Assembly (NCBI GenBank): GCA_964244295.1
Contig: CAXTIG010000012.1
Span: forward strand, 1 to 64,000
Direction of reading: 5' to 3'
Source of the DNA: an uncultured Cytophagales bacterium
GTDB lineage: Bacteria; Bacteroidota; Bacteroidia; Cytophagales; Spirosomataceae
DNA: 64,000 bases
The notes under the pieces were generated by a model that saw nothing but the letters and a program-made list of their open reading frames with translations, made no database searches and was not told where the DNA came from. The translations under genes were made by a program, and so were the position numbers. Below, in pieces: positions 27,909-36,247 of the stretch; position 1 is the stretch's first letter; each line of letters opens with the position of its first letter.

Positions 27909-28039
27909 TAATGTGCGAATTGCTAATGTGCTAATTTCTAATGGGCAGACGTGCAAATGTACCGCTGAAAAAAGGGATGCATTGGCTTATTTGCGCTTTC
28001 GAGCATTAGAAATTAGCACATTAGCAATTCGCACATTAT
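27909..28039. repeat. palindromic element, family B (TAATGTGCGAATTGCTAATGTGCTAATTTCTAATG), copy 1; perfect 35-bp arms
   Basis: Arms 27909-27943 and 28005-28039 are exact reverse complements. The right arm contains the TAA stop of the response-regulator gene. Confidence 0.8.
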
Positions 28040-28818
28040 TTCCCCATCCACTTCTTAAAATCACTCACCTTCTCCCGGCTCACGAGGGCCTCTTTCTCAA
28101 AAGCGGGGCGGAGCGTCAGCGCGAGGCGGTTGCCGAAGTACGGCTGGATTTGGTCGACGGTGCGGTGGGTGACGAGCACGCCCCGGTTGATGCGGAAAAA
28201 CTGCGCCGGGTCGAGGGCCTCGGCCAGGTCGTCGAGGGTGTAATCGACCAGGAACCGCTGGTTGGCGTGGGTGACGAAGAAACTGTAGCGCTCGTCGGTG
28301 TAGAAATAGGCAATTTCGCCCACTTCGATGGACAGCATCCGCTGCCCCTGCCGCACCAGAAAGCGCTGCCGGTACTCACGGGAAGAGTGTCGCTGAAACT
28401 GCCGGAGTAGGCTTTCGAGGTGTTGAGCCGGGTTACTGGCCGGGCGGCCGCGCAGGGCCTCGTACTTTTTCAGGCTCCGCTCCAGGTCTTCGCGCTGCAC
28501 GGGTTTGAGCAGGTAGTCGATGCTGTTGACCTTGAATGCTTGCAGGGCGTATTCGTCGTAGGAAGTCGTGAAAATGACGGTGCTGCGCACGGGCGTGCGG
28601 TCGAAAATCTCGAAGCTCTGCCCGTCGGCCAGTTCGATGTCCAGGAAAATCAGGTCGGGTTCGGGCTGACCCGCCGCCCGCTGGGATTCGAGCCAGTCCA
28701 CGGTTTCTTCGATGCTGGCGGTGGTGCCGGTCACGGTCAGGGTAGGGGCCACGTCGTGGAGCAACTTCTGAAGTTTGCGGACGGCCAGTTCTTCGTCTTC
28801 GACAAGCAACGCGGTCAT
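28036..28818 (-). CDS. LytTR-family response regulator (REC + LytTR DNA-binding)
   Basis: 260 aa. REC motifs (LLVEDE, DLIFLDIELADG, TTSYDEYAL) and LytTR tail (FFRINRGVLV). Confidence 0.85.
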   Translation of the reverse strand: MTALLVEDEELAVRKLQKLLHDVAPTLTVTGTTASIEETVDWLESQRAAGQPEPDLIFLDIELADGQSFEIFDRTPVRSTVIFTTSYDEYALQAFKVNSIDYLLKPVQREDLERSLKKYEALRGRPASNPAQHLESLLRQFQRHSSREYRQRFLVRQGQRMLSIEVGEIAYFYTDERYSFFVTHANQRFLVDYTLDDLAEALDPAQFFRINRGVLVTHRTVDQIQPYFGNRLALTLRPAFEKEALVSREKVSDFKKWMGK

Positions 28819-28945
28819 GGGTGGAGATTGAGTGATTGAGTGACTGAGTGAGGGATTTATTGAGTGATTGAGTGAAGGAGTGATTGAGTGAGAAAAAGAC
28901 AGGTGAATTTCTCCTCACTCAATCACTCAATAAACCCCTCACTCA
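28819..28945. repeat. TGAGTGA heptamer-rich imperfect palindrome in the kinase/regulator intergenic region
   Basis: gagtgattgagtgactgagtgagggatttattgagtgattgagtgaaggagtgattgagtgag followed by its approximate reverse complement ctcactcaatcactcaataaacccctcactcagtcac. Confidence 0.65.
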
Positions 28946-30028
28946 GTCACCAAACAGCGGAAGGGTAACGGTAAAAAAATCAGGACCGGACTCGATGACC
29001 GGCTCGGTCTGGCCCAGCAACCGGTACTTGGCCGAAATGTTGGCGAGGCCGATTTGGGTTGAAATCACGCGGCTGGTCTTTTTTTGAAGGTTGTTGCGTA
29101 CCTGGAGGTGGCCGTCGTCGGTGGTTCGGATTTCGACGTGCAAGGGGCGGTTCGCTAAAATTACGTTGTGTTTCACGGCATTTTCGACCAGCAATTGCAG
29201 CGTCAGCGGCGGCAGGCCGTGGTGGCGGTAGCGGTCGGATACGTTGAGGCTCAGGTGCAGGCCCGTGCCGTGACGGGTTTTGAGCAGGTGGTAATACGAT
29301 TCGATAAACCGCAGTTCCGTGTCCAGCGTGGTGAGTTCATCGCCGGAAGCGGCGTCTTCATGTCGGTTGGTTTGCAGGAGGTAGCGGTACACCCGCGCCA
29401 TTTCGTCCACGAATTGCTCGGCCCGCTCCGGTTCGTCGGCAATCATCGACGAAAGCGAGTTGAGGCTGTTGAACAAAAAGTGCGGGTTCACCTGGCTTTT
29501 CAGGCTTTGCAACTGGCCCTGAAGGTTTTCCTTGCGCAATTTTTCCTTGTTCACCTGGTGCTTCTGCCACTGGCTGAGCGAGTGGAAGGTTTCGTACAGG
29601 CCCACCGTCAGCATCATTGCCACGAGGTTGAAGAGGTACACCTTCACGAGCGTGGCGAATTCGACCGTCGAGCCAAACAGCCGAAAGTACACGTACAGCC
29701 CGGCAATCATTCCCAGGAAGATCGCCGACAGCACCGTGTGGGCCAGGAGCGTGATCAGCACCCGCCGCAGCGTCTGGTCGAGCCGCCCGTACCGGCGGGT
29801 GATGGCATCCGAAACCTGGCTTTGGGTGAAAAACGTAACCGTCAGGATGGCGGCGTTCAACAGCGTGGCCCCGGCGAAGATTTGCCAACGCTGCCAGTAC
29901 CCGTCCCCGATGAGCAGGTAGCTGAACAGCACCGCAAACCAGGGCATCGTCAGGGCGTAGGCCCAGCGGGTGCGGGGGCTGAGTTGAGAGAAAAAAGACG
30001 AGAACCGGTTCATGGCAAAAGCGGGCAA
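28943..30028 (-). CDS. sensor histidine kinase, LytS-type (TM region + His_kinase + HATPase_c)
   Basis: 361 aa. N-terminal hydrophobic helices, then VNPHFLFNSLNSLSSMI (His_kinase H-box) and LQLLVENAVKHN (N-box). Confidence 0.8.
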   Translation of the reverse strand: MPAFAMNRFSSFFSQLSPRTRWAYALTMPWFAVLFSYLLIGDGYWQRWQIFAGATLLNAAILTVTFFTQSQVSDAITRRYGRLDQTLRRVLITLLAHTVLSAIFLGMIAGLYVYFRLFGSTVEFATLVKVYLFNLVAMMLTVGLYETFHSLSQWQKHQVNKEKLRKENLQGQLQSLKSQVNPHFLFNSLNSLSSMIADEPERAEQFVDEMARVYRYLLQTNRHEDAASGDELTTLDTELRFIESYYHLLKTRHGTGLHLSLNVSDRYRHHGLPPLTLQLLVENAVKHNVILANRPLHVEIRTTDDGHLQVRNNLQKKTSRVISTQIGLANISAKYRLLGQTEPVIESGPDFFTVTLPLFGD

Positions 30029-30105
30029 GCGAGCCGTGGCGAAAGATACGTCCCGACGAGGGTGATGACCGAAGCCGGACGGGGTTACTTGAAAAAAACG
30101 CGGGG

Positions 30106-31434
30106 TCAGTCGTGGATAATCGCCTCGAATTCACCCGAAATGCCCATCGTTTCGTGCTTGATGACCCCGCAGCGCTCATCTTCCTCGTGCGCGACGACCA
30201 CCTTGCCTGAGACTTTGATTTTTGCGACTAGTTTGCCGTTGAGGCGCTTGAGGCTTTCCACGGTCACCGTTCCGCCTTCCGCCGTTTTTACCTTGCATTT
30301 CCGGTACACCGACTCGCCCGATTTCCCGGAAATCCCGTTGGTGCCGCCCACGAAGGTATTTTCGACATCGAACGGAAACGAACCGACCTTCAGGGCTTTT
30401 TTCAACCCGATGATGACGAAGCTGATTTTGGTGGGGTCCGCCACGCCCTCGGCCAACACCGACAGCAGCAGTTCGCTGCCGTCGTAGGTGCCGTCGGCGC
30501 GGGGATTGGTAAAGGGTTGCCCGTCGATGTAAAAGTTATTTGGGCCTTTGACGAACAGGTTGCTCACCAACATCAACTGCGCCTTGCCGCCGTGCCGGAG
30601 CGTCACGCTGATCGCCACGGGGTTCGATGCGGGCGCTTTGTCGTGCGGAGCGTGGTAAACGAGTTGCGCCGAGGGACCGTTGTCGGCGTAAGCCACCATT
30701 CCGTCGGGACCCACCTGGCCGGCTGTTTTCAGGGCATCCTGGCCGTTGAGCGTCAGCGCCGCGATGCTGCTGCGCGACGCGACCCGATCCGTCAGCGGAG
30801 CCAGCAGTTCGTTGAGCGGATCGGATAAATCCACGTTCTCCAGGCCGTTGTATCCGGCCAGAATGGTGAGTTTCAACTCCCTCGTCTGGCCGACGAACAG
30901 CGTATCGGCTTCGGGGTCCAGCTTGTATTCCGTTACCAGCGACCACCAACTGAAGTGCGTGATGGTCGTGGTGATCGTGCGGGCGGCGCGGTTTACTGTC
31001 GCGGCGCGGGCCAGCATCCAAACGCGTTCCTGATTTTGGAAGGCGACACCCAGCGCCTCGGGCGTGGTGCCGAGCAGTTCGTCGTCGGTGTAGCGGTAGG
31101 TGAAGGTGACGGGTTTGGCGAAGGTCGCGCCGTCGGGGCCGAATTCGTAGCCGGTGCCCAGGCCGTTGGGGGCCTTGTTTTCAACGGGCCGGACGGTGAT
31201 GGCCGTTTCTTTCGCGACGGCCCCGGCGGGGAAGGTGAGCGTGAGCTTGCCGTCGGGCGTCGAGAGGGTACCGCCCGCCGGGCCGATAGCTTTGGTGGTG
31301 ACGGGGCCGGTGGGCTGGCCGATTTCGGTGGGCGTGCCCGTGCCGGTTTCGGGGTCGGTAGGAAGGGGGTCGGTCGAGGGCTTGCAGGCCAGCAGGCCGA
31401 GCAGGGCGAGGGGGAGAAGGGAGGTGAGTTTCAT
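30106..31434 (-). CDS. lipoprotein, paralogue family member 1 (conserved N-terminal module TIGPAGGTLTTPDGK.TLTFPAGAV.KETAITV)
   Basis: Lipobox LLGLLAC. Shares an approximately 100-aa N-terminal module and overall architecture with 31749..33092 and 34944..36227. Confidence 0.6.
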   Translation of the reverse strand: MKLTSLLPLALLGLLACKPSTDPLPTDPETGTGTPTEIGQPTGPVTTKAIGPAGGTLSTPDGKLTLTFPAGAVAKETAITVRPVENKAPNGLGTGYEFGPDGATFAKPVTFTYRYTDDELLGTTPEALGVAFQNQERVWMLARAATVNRAARTITTTITHFSWWSLVTEYKLDPEADTLFVGQTRELKLTILAGYNGLENVDLSDPLNELLAPLTDRVASRSSIAALTLNGQDALKTAGQVGPDGMVAYADNGPSAQLVYHAPHDKAPASNPVAISVTLRHGGKAQLMLVSNLFVKGPNNFYIDGQPFTNPRADGTYDGSELLLSVLAEGVADPTKISFVIIGLKKALKVGSFPFDVENTFVGGTNGISGKSGESVYRKCKVKTAEGGTVTVESLKRLNGKLVAKIKVSGKVVVAHEEDERCGVIKHETMGISGEFEAIIHD

Positions 31435-31748
31435 CGGGAATGGATGAGGTTTTTTGCTGAAAGAATGGGTCAAAACTCGGCTCCCGGCCCCTGGGTTTCA
31501 ACCGCCGAATGTCTGAATTGGCATACGCGGTGTTTGAATTGCGTTCCGGCGAGGGCGAATTGCAACACCATTCCAGTCGGTAAAGGGCGTAGGGAAAAGA
31601 AGGAATCGGCAGGCTGATTGAAAACCGTTGAACCTGAACCTCGTTCAGGTCGTGGAGTCGTCGAACGGCTGACCCAGGAACCGGATTCAGCAAAGCCCCG
31701 GCGCGCTTATGCGCACCGGGGCTTTGAGGGAAAAACTGCGAACCAGGC

Positions 31749-33092
31749 CTATTTTTTGATCAAGACCGTCAGGCCAGCCTGAACGGACATCGTTTTATGG
31801 AGCGTGGTCGTGCAGGTCTGGGGGTTGTAGTCGTGTTCCGTGACGATGGAGCCGCTAACCCGCAGCACCAATTTGGTGTAGCCATTCACCACCTCGGCAC
31901 TAAGCACCTCAACCGTACCGGATTCGGTCAGGGCCTTCTGACAATTCGCGTAGTAGGACTCGCCCCCGGCCTCTAGATTCGTGGCGGAAAAATCCATCGC
32001 ACTGATCGAAGTGCCGTGCTGGTAATCCGGGCTAAAAGCGTGCGACCCGACCGAGATATCGTTGATGGTGACCTGAAGCGTACCGTCTTTACCGGCCGCG
32101 TTCGCTCCCGATGCCAGGATGACGACTTGCCCGTTCACCAACCCGCCCAGCGTACTGATGTTCGTGTCGAACGCGTGCCCGTTGATGGTGAGGTAATCGC
32201 CTTTGGCAATGGTGACCAGGCTCGACAGCAGAAACACGGCCTTCCCGCCCGGATTTTTCAACTCAACCGTCACCATCACGGGGTTGGTCGCTGGTTTGCC
32301 CGACGGGGCCACGTACAGGATCTGCCCGGTCTGTCGGTTCTGACTTACCGTTCCAAAAGTCCGGTCTTTGGGTGTTGCAGTGGTCCAGTCCACGCCGTTG
32401 AGGTAGAGCTTCGCAACATCCTTGCCGGCATCCGTGTAGTAGGGGGTTAACGGAGCCAGCAGGTCGGAATTTTCCTTCGCAAACGTGGCCTCATCGGCCA
32501 CTTTCGACAGCTTCAACTCCAGCGTTTCGTTCACGTTGACGGCGGTCTCCTCCGGGTTCAACTTGTACTGGGTAATCAAGGCCCACCAGGCGCCTTTTTT
32601 CAGTTTAGTCGTCACGGTCTTTCTGGCCTTGTCGGCCGTTGCCAGCCGAGTCATCAACCAGGCGTTTCGGCCATCCTGAAAAGCAACCCCCAGGGCCTCT
32701 ACCGAACCAGCCGCTACTTCCTGATCCTGGTACGTGTACGCCAGCGTAACGGGCTGCTCGAAGGCCAGCCCCGCCGGACTCACCTTGATCCCGAAGCCCA
32801 CGCCGTTGGGGGCCTTGTTTTCGCCGGTCTGCACGGTAATCGCCGTTTCCTTGCTGACCGCCCCGGCCGGAAACGTCAGCGTAATTTTACCGTCGGGCGT
32901 CGTCAGCGTTCCCCCGGCGGGGCCGATGGTTTTGGTCACGGGTGCGCCAAGCACCATACCCACCTCCGTGGGAAGGGCCGTTAAGCTGTCGATGGGCGGC
33001 AGCCCCGCGCCGGAATTGGGAACAATACCGTCGGGCTGGCAGGCCAGCAGGGTAATCAAGGCCAAAACGGGCAAAAGTTGGATGCGTTGCAT
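31749..33092 (-). CDS. lipoprotein, paralogue family member 2
   Basis: Lipobox ALITLLACQP. KTIGPAGGTLTTPDGKITLTFPAGAVSKETAITVQTGENKAPNG closely matches paralogue 1. Confidence 0.6.
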   Translation of the reverse strand: MQRIQLLPVLALITLLACQPDGIVPNSGAGLPPIDSLTALPTEVGMVLGAPVTKTIGPAGGTLTTPDGKITLTFPAGAVSKETAITVQTGENKAPNGVGFGIKVSPAGLAFEQPVTLAYTYQDQEVAAGSVEALGVAFQDGRNAWLMTRLATADKARKTVTTKLKKGAWWALITQYKLNPEETAVNVNETLELKLSKVADEATFAKENSDLLAPLTPYYTDAGKDVAKLYLNGVDWTTATPKDRTFGTVSQNRQTGQILYVAPSGKPATNPVMVTVELKNPGGKAVFLLSSLVTIAKGDYLTINGHAFDTNISTLGGLVNGQVVILASGANAAGKDGTLQVTINDISVGSHAFSPDYQHGTSISAMDFSATNLEAGGESYYANCQKALTESGTVEVLSAEVVNGYTKLVLRVSGSIVTEHDYNPQTCTTTLHKTMSVQAGLTVLIKK

Positions 33093-33140
33093 GGTTGAAA
33101 AGGGAGAGGGTGTGAGGGATTGTGGAGAACTTCAGCGCGA

Positions 33141-33947
33141 CTACCGGTTGGTAAACCGAATGCGCATCATGTTGGCGTAGTAGGAGGATTCGCGCCCGGT
33201 GAAGTCCACCGTCACCGACGGACTGTACGCCATGTCATCGGCCAGGGCATCGCCCACCCGCAGGGCTTCGCCCGTGGGTTTGTACACCGCCGTGACCGTG
33301 TAGCGACCCATCGGCACGTCTTTCAGGTACGCGTCGTAACGCTTGGCGGCCCGCAGTTTTAGGGTTTGGCCCGTCGAGCCGTCGATGAGTGGACCGACCG
33401 GCGTGAAGGTGAACTCGATGTTTTCGTTGTCGCGCAGCCCGTCGGCGTTCGCATCGCGCAGCAGTTCCACCGTGCCGCCGTAGTACAGATCCAGGCTCAG
33501 GTCGGGCACGTGGCCGCTGAGTCTCCACTGAAAATTGCGCACTGGTTTTTCGTCTTCGGTAAAGGAATCCGGGTTTTCGGGGTCGAGGGGAAGTTTGTAC
33601 ACCCGGCCGTTGTAAGTCTTCAGGAGGTAGCCCTTCGCGCCCCACACGCCCAGGCCCGAAACCAGGGCGATCCGGTAGCTGCCGTCGGCGTTGGAAGTCA
33701 CTTCCGAACCCCGGTCTTTCACGACCGTGTTGTAGGAATAAATCGTGGCCCCGGCCAGGGGCCTGCCTTGCGGGTCGGTCACGGTGCCGATCACGTACCC
33801 GGCCTTGCCGCCGGTGGGGGTGTCGATGGGACCATCGGGATCGTCGGGGGGGACGGTCTGCGGCTGGCAGGCGCTGAAGAGGAGCAAACTGCCCAGGGCT
33901 AGCCGCGCAAGGCTAGTCAGGGTGCGGAGGGAAGGGAGTCGGTTCAT
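33141..33947 (-). CDS. lipoprotein with carboxypeptidase-regulatory-like (Ig-like) domain
   Basis: ORF trimmed to MNRLPSLRTL...LLLFSACQ. GTVTDPQGRPLAGATIYS...SNADGSYRI is CarboxypepD_reg-like. Confidence 0.55.
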   Translation of the reverse strand: MNRLPSLRTLTSLARLALGSLLLFSACQPQTVPPDDPDGPIDTPTGGKAGYVIGTVTDPQGRPLAGATIYSYNTVVKDRGSEVTSNADGSYRIALVSGLGVWGAKGYLLKTYNGRVYKLPLDPENPDSFTEDEKPVRNFQWRLSGHVPDLSLDLYYGGTVELLRDANADGLRDNENIEFTFTPVGPLIDGSTGQTLKLRAAKRYDAYLKDVPMGRYTVTAVYKPTGEALRVGDALADDMAYSPSVTVDFTGRESSYYANMMRIRFTNR

Positions 33948-34053
33948 GGGAGAGAAGCGTTGGTTGGGTAAACAACACAAACCTACCCGGCCCGACCCCC
34001 GGCTTCAACGGGCAGTGGGCTGGGTTGGGGAATGAAGCGCATCAACTGAGCAA

Positions 34054-34203
34054 TTGAGGGCCTGAGTTGCAAACGGGCCTAAACAAACCCACCCCCGATC
34101 CCTTGAGGGCCTGAGTTGCAAACGGGCCTAAACAAACCCACCCCCGATCCCTCCCGCCAGGTGGTGGGAAAAGATCGGGGGTGGGTTTGTTTAGGCCCGT
34201 TTC
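34054..34203. repeat. 49-bp tandem direct repeat (x2) followed by an inverted partial copy (30-bp perfect stem)
   Basis: Unit ttgagggcctgagttgcaaacgggcctaaacaaacccacccccgatccc occurs at 34054 and 34103. gatcgggggtgggtttgtttaggcccgttt (34174-34203) is the reverse complement of the unit core. Confidence 0.8.
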
Positions 34204-34252
34204 GGGGCGGGCTGGTTGGCGGGAAGTGGCGTACCCGTTGACCTGACCCGGC

Positions 34253-34870
34253 TTATTCCTTTTTGTAATAAATCAGGTCTCCGCTTTGAAAGTAACGGCC
34301 CCGGCTGTTTTCGCCCAACGTGCAGGCCCAGTCGATGTACGTCTGCGGGTACAGTTTGGCGGGGTCTACGTCGTGCATGAACACGTCGTTGTCGTACAGT
34401 TTGCCTCGGATGGGGTAAAATTTGAAGATCAGGCCGTCGCCGGTTGTTTCGATTTCAAACGTGCCGTCTTCTTCCACGCGTTCGGTGTTTTCCGAGGTGT
34501 AGGTAGCCGTCGAGGCCGTCACGAGGCTGAATCCGGTTCCGTCGGCGTTGAGGTGGTACAACGACCCAAACGACCAGGCCGGCACCGTGTGGCCGTTGGG
34601 CCTGACCACGTTGGTGCCGCTGACGCTGGTGGACAGCCACTCGCCGACGAATTCGGCGGGCACCGGCTTGCGGGGAGCGCTGCCGTAATCCGGGCCGGGG
34701 TCCGCCTGCGGCTGGCAACTCGCCCCGCTGAGCAACCCGGCCACCGAAAAAGCGATTTTCAAAAACGTGAGAAGCCGGGTGTTTGCGAAGAAAGCAGAAA
34801 CGCGGGTGCCGGTCGGGGCGAATTCAGGCGCGAGGTCCTGAAAGGTGATGATTTTTCTGAGCGATTTCAT
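34253..34870 (-). CDS. hypothetical lipoprotein
   Basis: 205 aa. Hydrophobic leader ending LLSGASCQP. No recognised domain. Confidence 0.45.
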   Translation of the reverse strand: MKSLRKIITFQDLAPEFAPTGTRVSAFFANTRLLTFLKIAFSVAGLLSGASCQPQADPGPDYGSAPRKPVPAEFVGEWLSTSVSGTNVVRPNGHTVPAWSFGSLYHLNADGTGFSLVTASTATYTSENTERVEEDGTFEIETTGDGLIFKFYPIRGKLYDNDVFMHDVDPAKLYPQTYIDWACTLGENSRGRYFQSGDLIYYKKE

Positions 34871-34943
34871 GGCTGATAACGGGAGTTGATTGGTTGAAAA
34901 AAGGATGGTACTGGGGTGAAAATGCGTTTTTAGAGACCGAGCG

Positions 34944-36227
34944 TCAGGGATGGGTGGTCATGTAAAACTCGCCGCTGAGGGCCGGACCGGCGGACGTACA
35001 CTGGCTTTCGACGGGAATCACATTGCCGGAAAACGTCCCGGTGACGGCGTGCCGGACGTCGTCGTAGCGGGTGATGGTCACCCGACCCTGGGCTTCGTAG
35101 CTGGTGCCGTTGCAAAACCACTGGCCCGTGTTGTAATCGGTGTACTTGCCGCCGGGCGGGTCGATTCCGAGCTTAATCTGACTCTTCCCCGGCTCGCCGA
35201 TGTCCCCGAAAGGAAAGGTGCCTTCCCCACCGCCCGTTGACGTGATTTGGATGGCGGCGTTGCGATTGCCCGCCGAAATCAGCATAAAATTCGGGTCGTC
35301 GTCGTCGAGGCCGCCGGTGGTCAACTGGTATTCTTTTCCCGCGAACTTCAGTCGGAAATACCCCGTGCCGATAAAAATTTCCCGCAGCAGAATCAACTTT
35401 CGGGGGCTGTTCTGAAACGTAAGCTCCGCCGACAGGGTGACCGGATTTTGCTGCGGAACGTGCGCGGGAGCCTGGTAGGTGGCCTTGTAGCCGTTGGCCC
35501 GAACGCTGCCGTTGCGCGCATCGCCCGCTACCGACCACTTGACGCCGCCGCCGGAACGATACGCCAGGGGCGCTTCCCCCGGACCGGGCGGCAACAACGG
35601 CTCCAGCAAGGCGCTCACCTCAAAATCAGCCGATTCGCCGTAGTACAAAATGGAGCCTTGCTCTTCCCCGCCGTTCAGCGCAAACTTGTCCAACTGGGCC
35701 AGTTCGTAGGGACTCCAGTCGCTGAAGTGCGGCATGGGTACGGAAATCTGGTGCCGGGCGGTGTCGGTTTGAACCCCCGCCACGGCGTACCAAATGCCGT
35801 CGGCCTTTTGGTAGGCGACGCCGAACGCCGCCGGGTCGTGGCTGGAGGCCGCCGCCGGGACGTAGCCGAACGTGAGCGTCGCCGGTTTGCTAAACTGAGT
35901 TCCTTCCGGCAGAAAGCGGTACGCCGGTCCGAGGCCGTTGGGAGCCGGGTTGGTGATGGGCTGAATGCTGAGGACCGTGGCTTTCGCCAGTGCCCCGGCC
36001 GGTAGCAGCAGGCGGACGTTGCCATCGGGCGTGGTGAGGGTACCGCCTTCGGGACCAATGGTTTTGCTCACCAACTCACCGTTGGGCTGACCCACCCCGG
36101 TTACTTCGCCCGCTGGGTTGGTGGGGTCAGGACCGGGTGCGGGGTCTGGTTCGGACGGATTCGGCTGGCAGGCAGCGAGCAGGACACAAAGTGCCCACCC
36201 GACCACCCGGTAGTGCGTGCGGTTCAT
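34944..36227 (-). CDS. lipoprotein, paralogue family member 3
   Basis: ORF trimmed to MNRTHYRVVGWALCVLLAACQP. KTIGPEGGTLTTPDGNVRLLLPAGALAKATVLSIQPITNPAPNG matches paralogues 1 and 2. Confidence 0.6.
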   Translation of the reverse strand: MNRTHYRVVGWALCVLLAACQPNPSEPDPAPGPDPTNPAGEVTGVGQPNGELVSKTIGPEGGTLTTPDGNVRLLLPAGALAKATVLSIQPITNPAPNGLGPAYRFLPEGTQFSKPATLTFGYVPAAASSHDPAAFGVAYQKADGIWYAVAGVQTDTARHQISVPMPHFSDWSPYELAQLDKFALNGGEEQGSILYYGESADFEVSALLEPLLPPGPGEAPLAYRSGGGVKWSVAGDARNGSVRANGYKATYQAPAHVPQQNPVTLSAELTFQNSPRKLILLREIFIGTGYFRLKFAGKEYQLTTGGLDDDDPNFMLISAGNRNAAIQITSTGGGEGTFPFGDIGEPGKSQIKLGIDPPGGKYTDYNTGQWFCNGTSYEAQGRVTITRYDDVRHAVTGTFSGNVIPVESQCTSAGPALSGEFYMTTHP

Positions 36228-36247
36228 GGCTGTTGGGTTGGGGGAGT

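Noticed and set aside
28819-28945. Possible CRISPR array (short direct repeats)
   Set aside because: Repeats are 7-14 bp, irregularly spaced, and form a palindrome rather than repeat-spacer units. No cas genes anywhere in the window.
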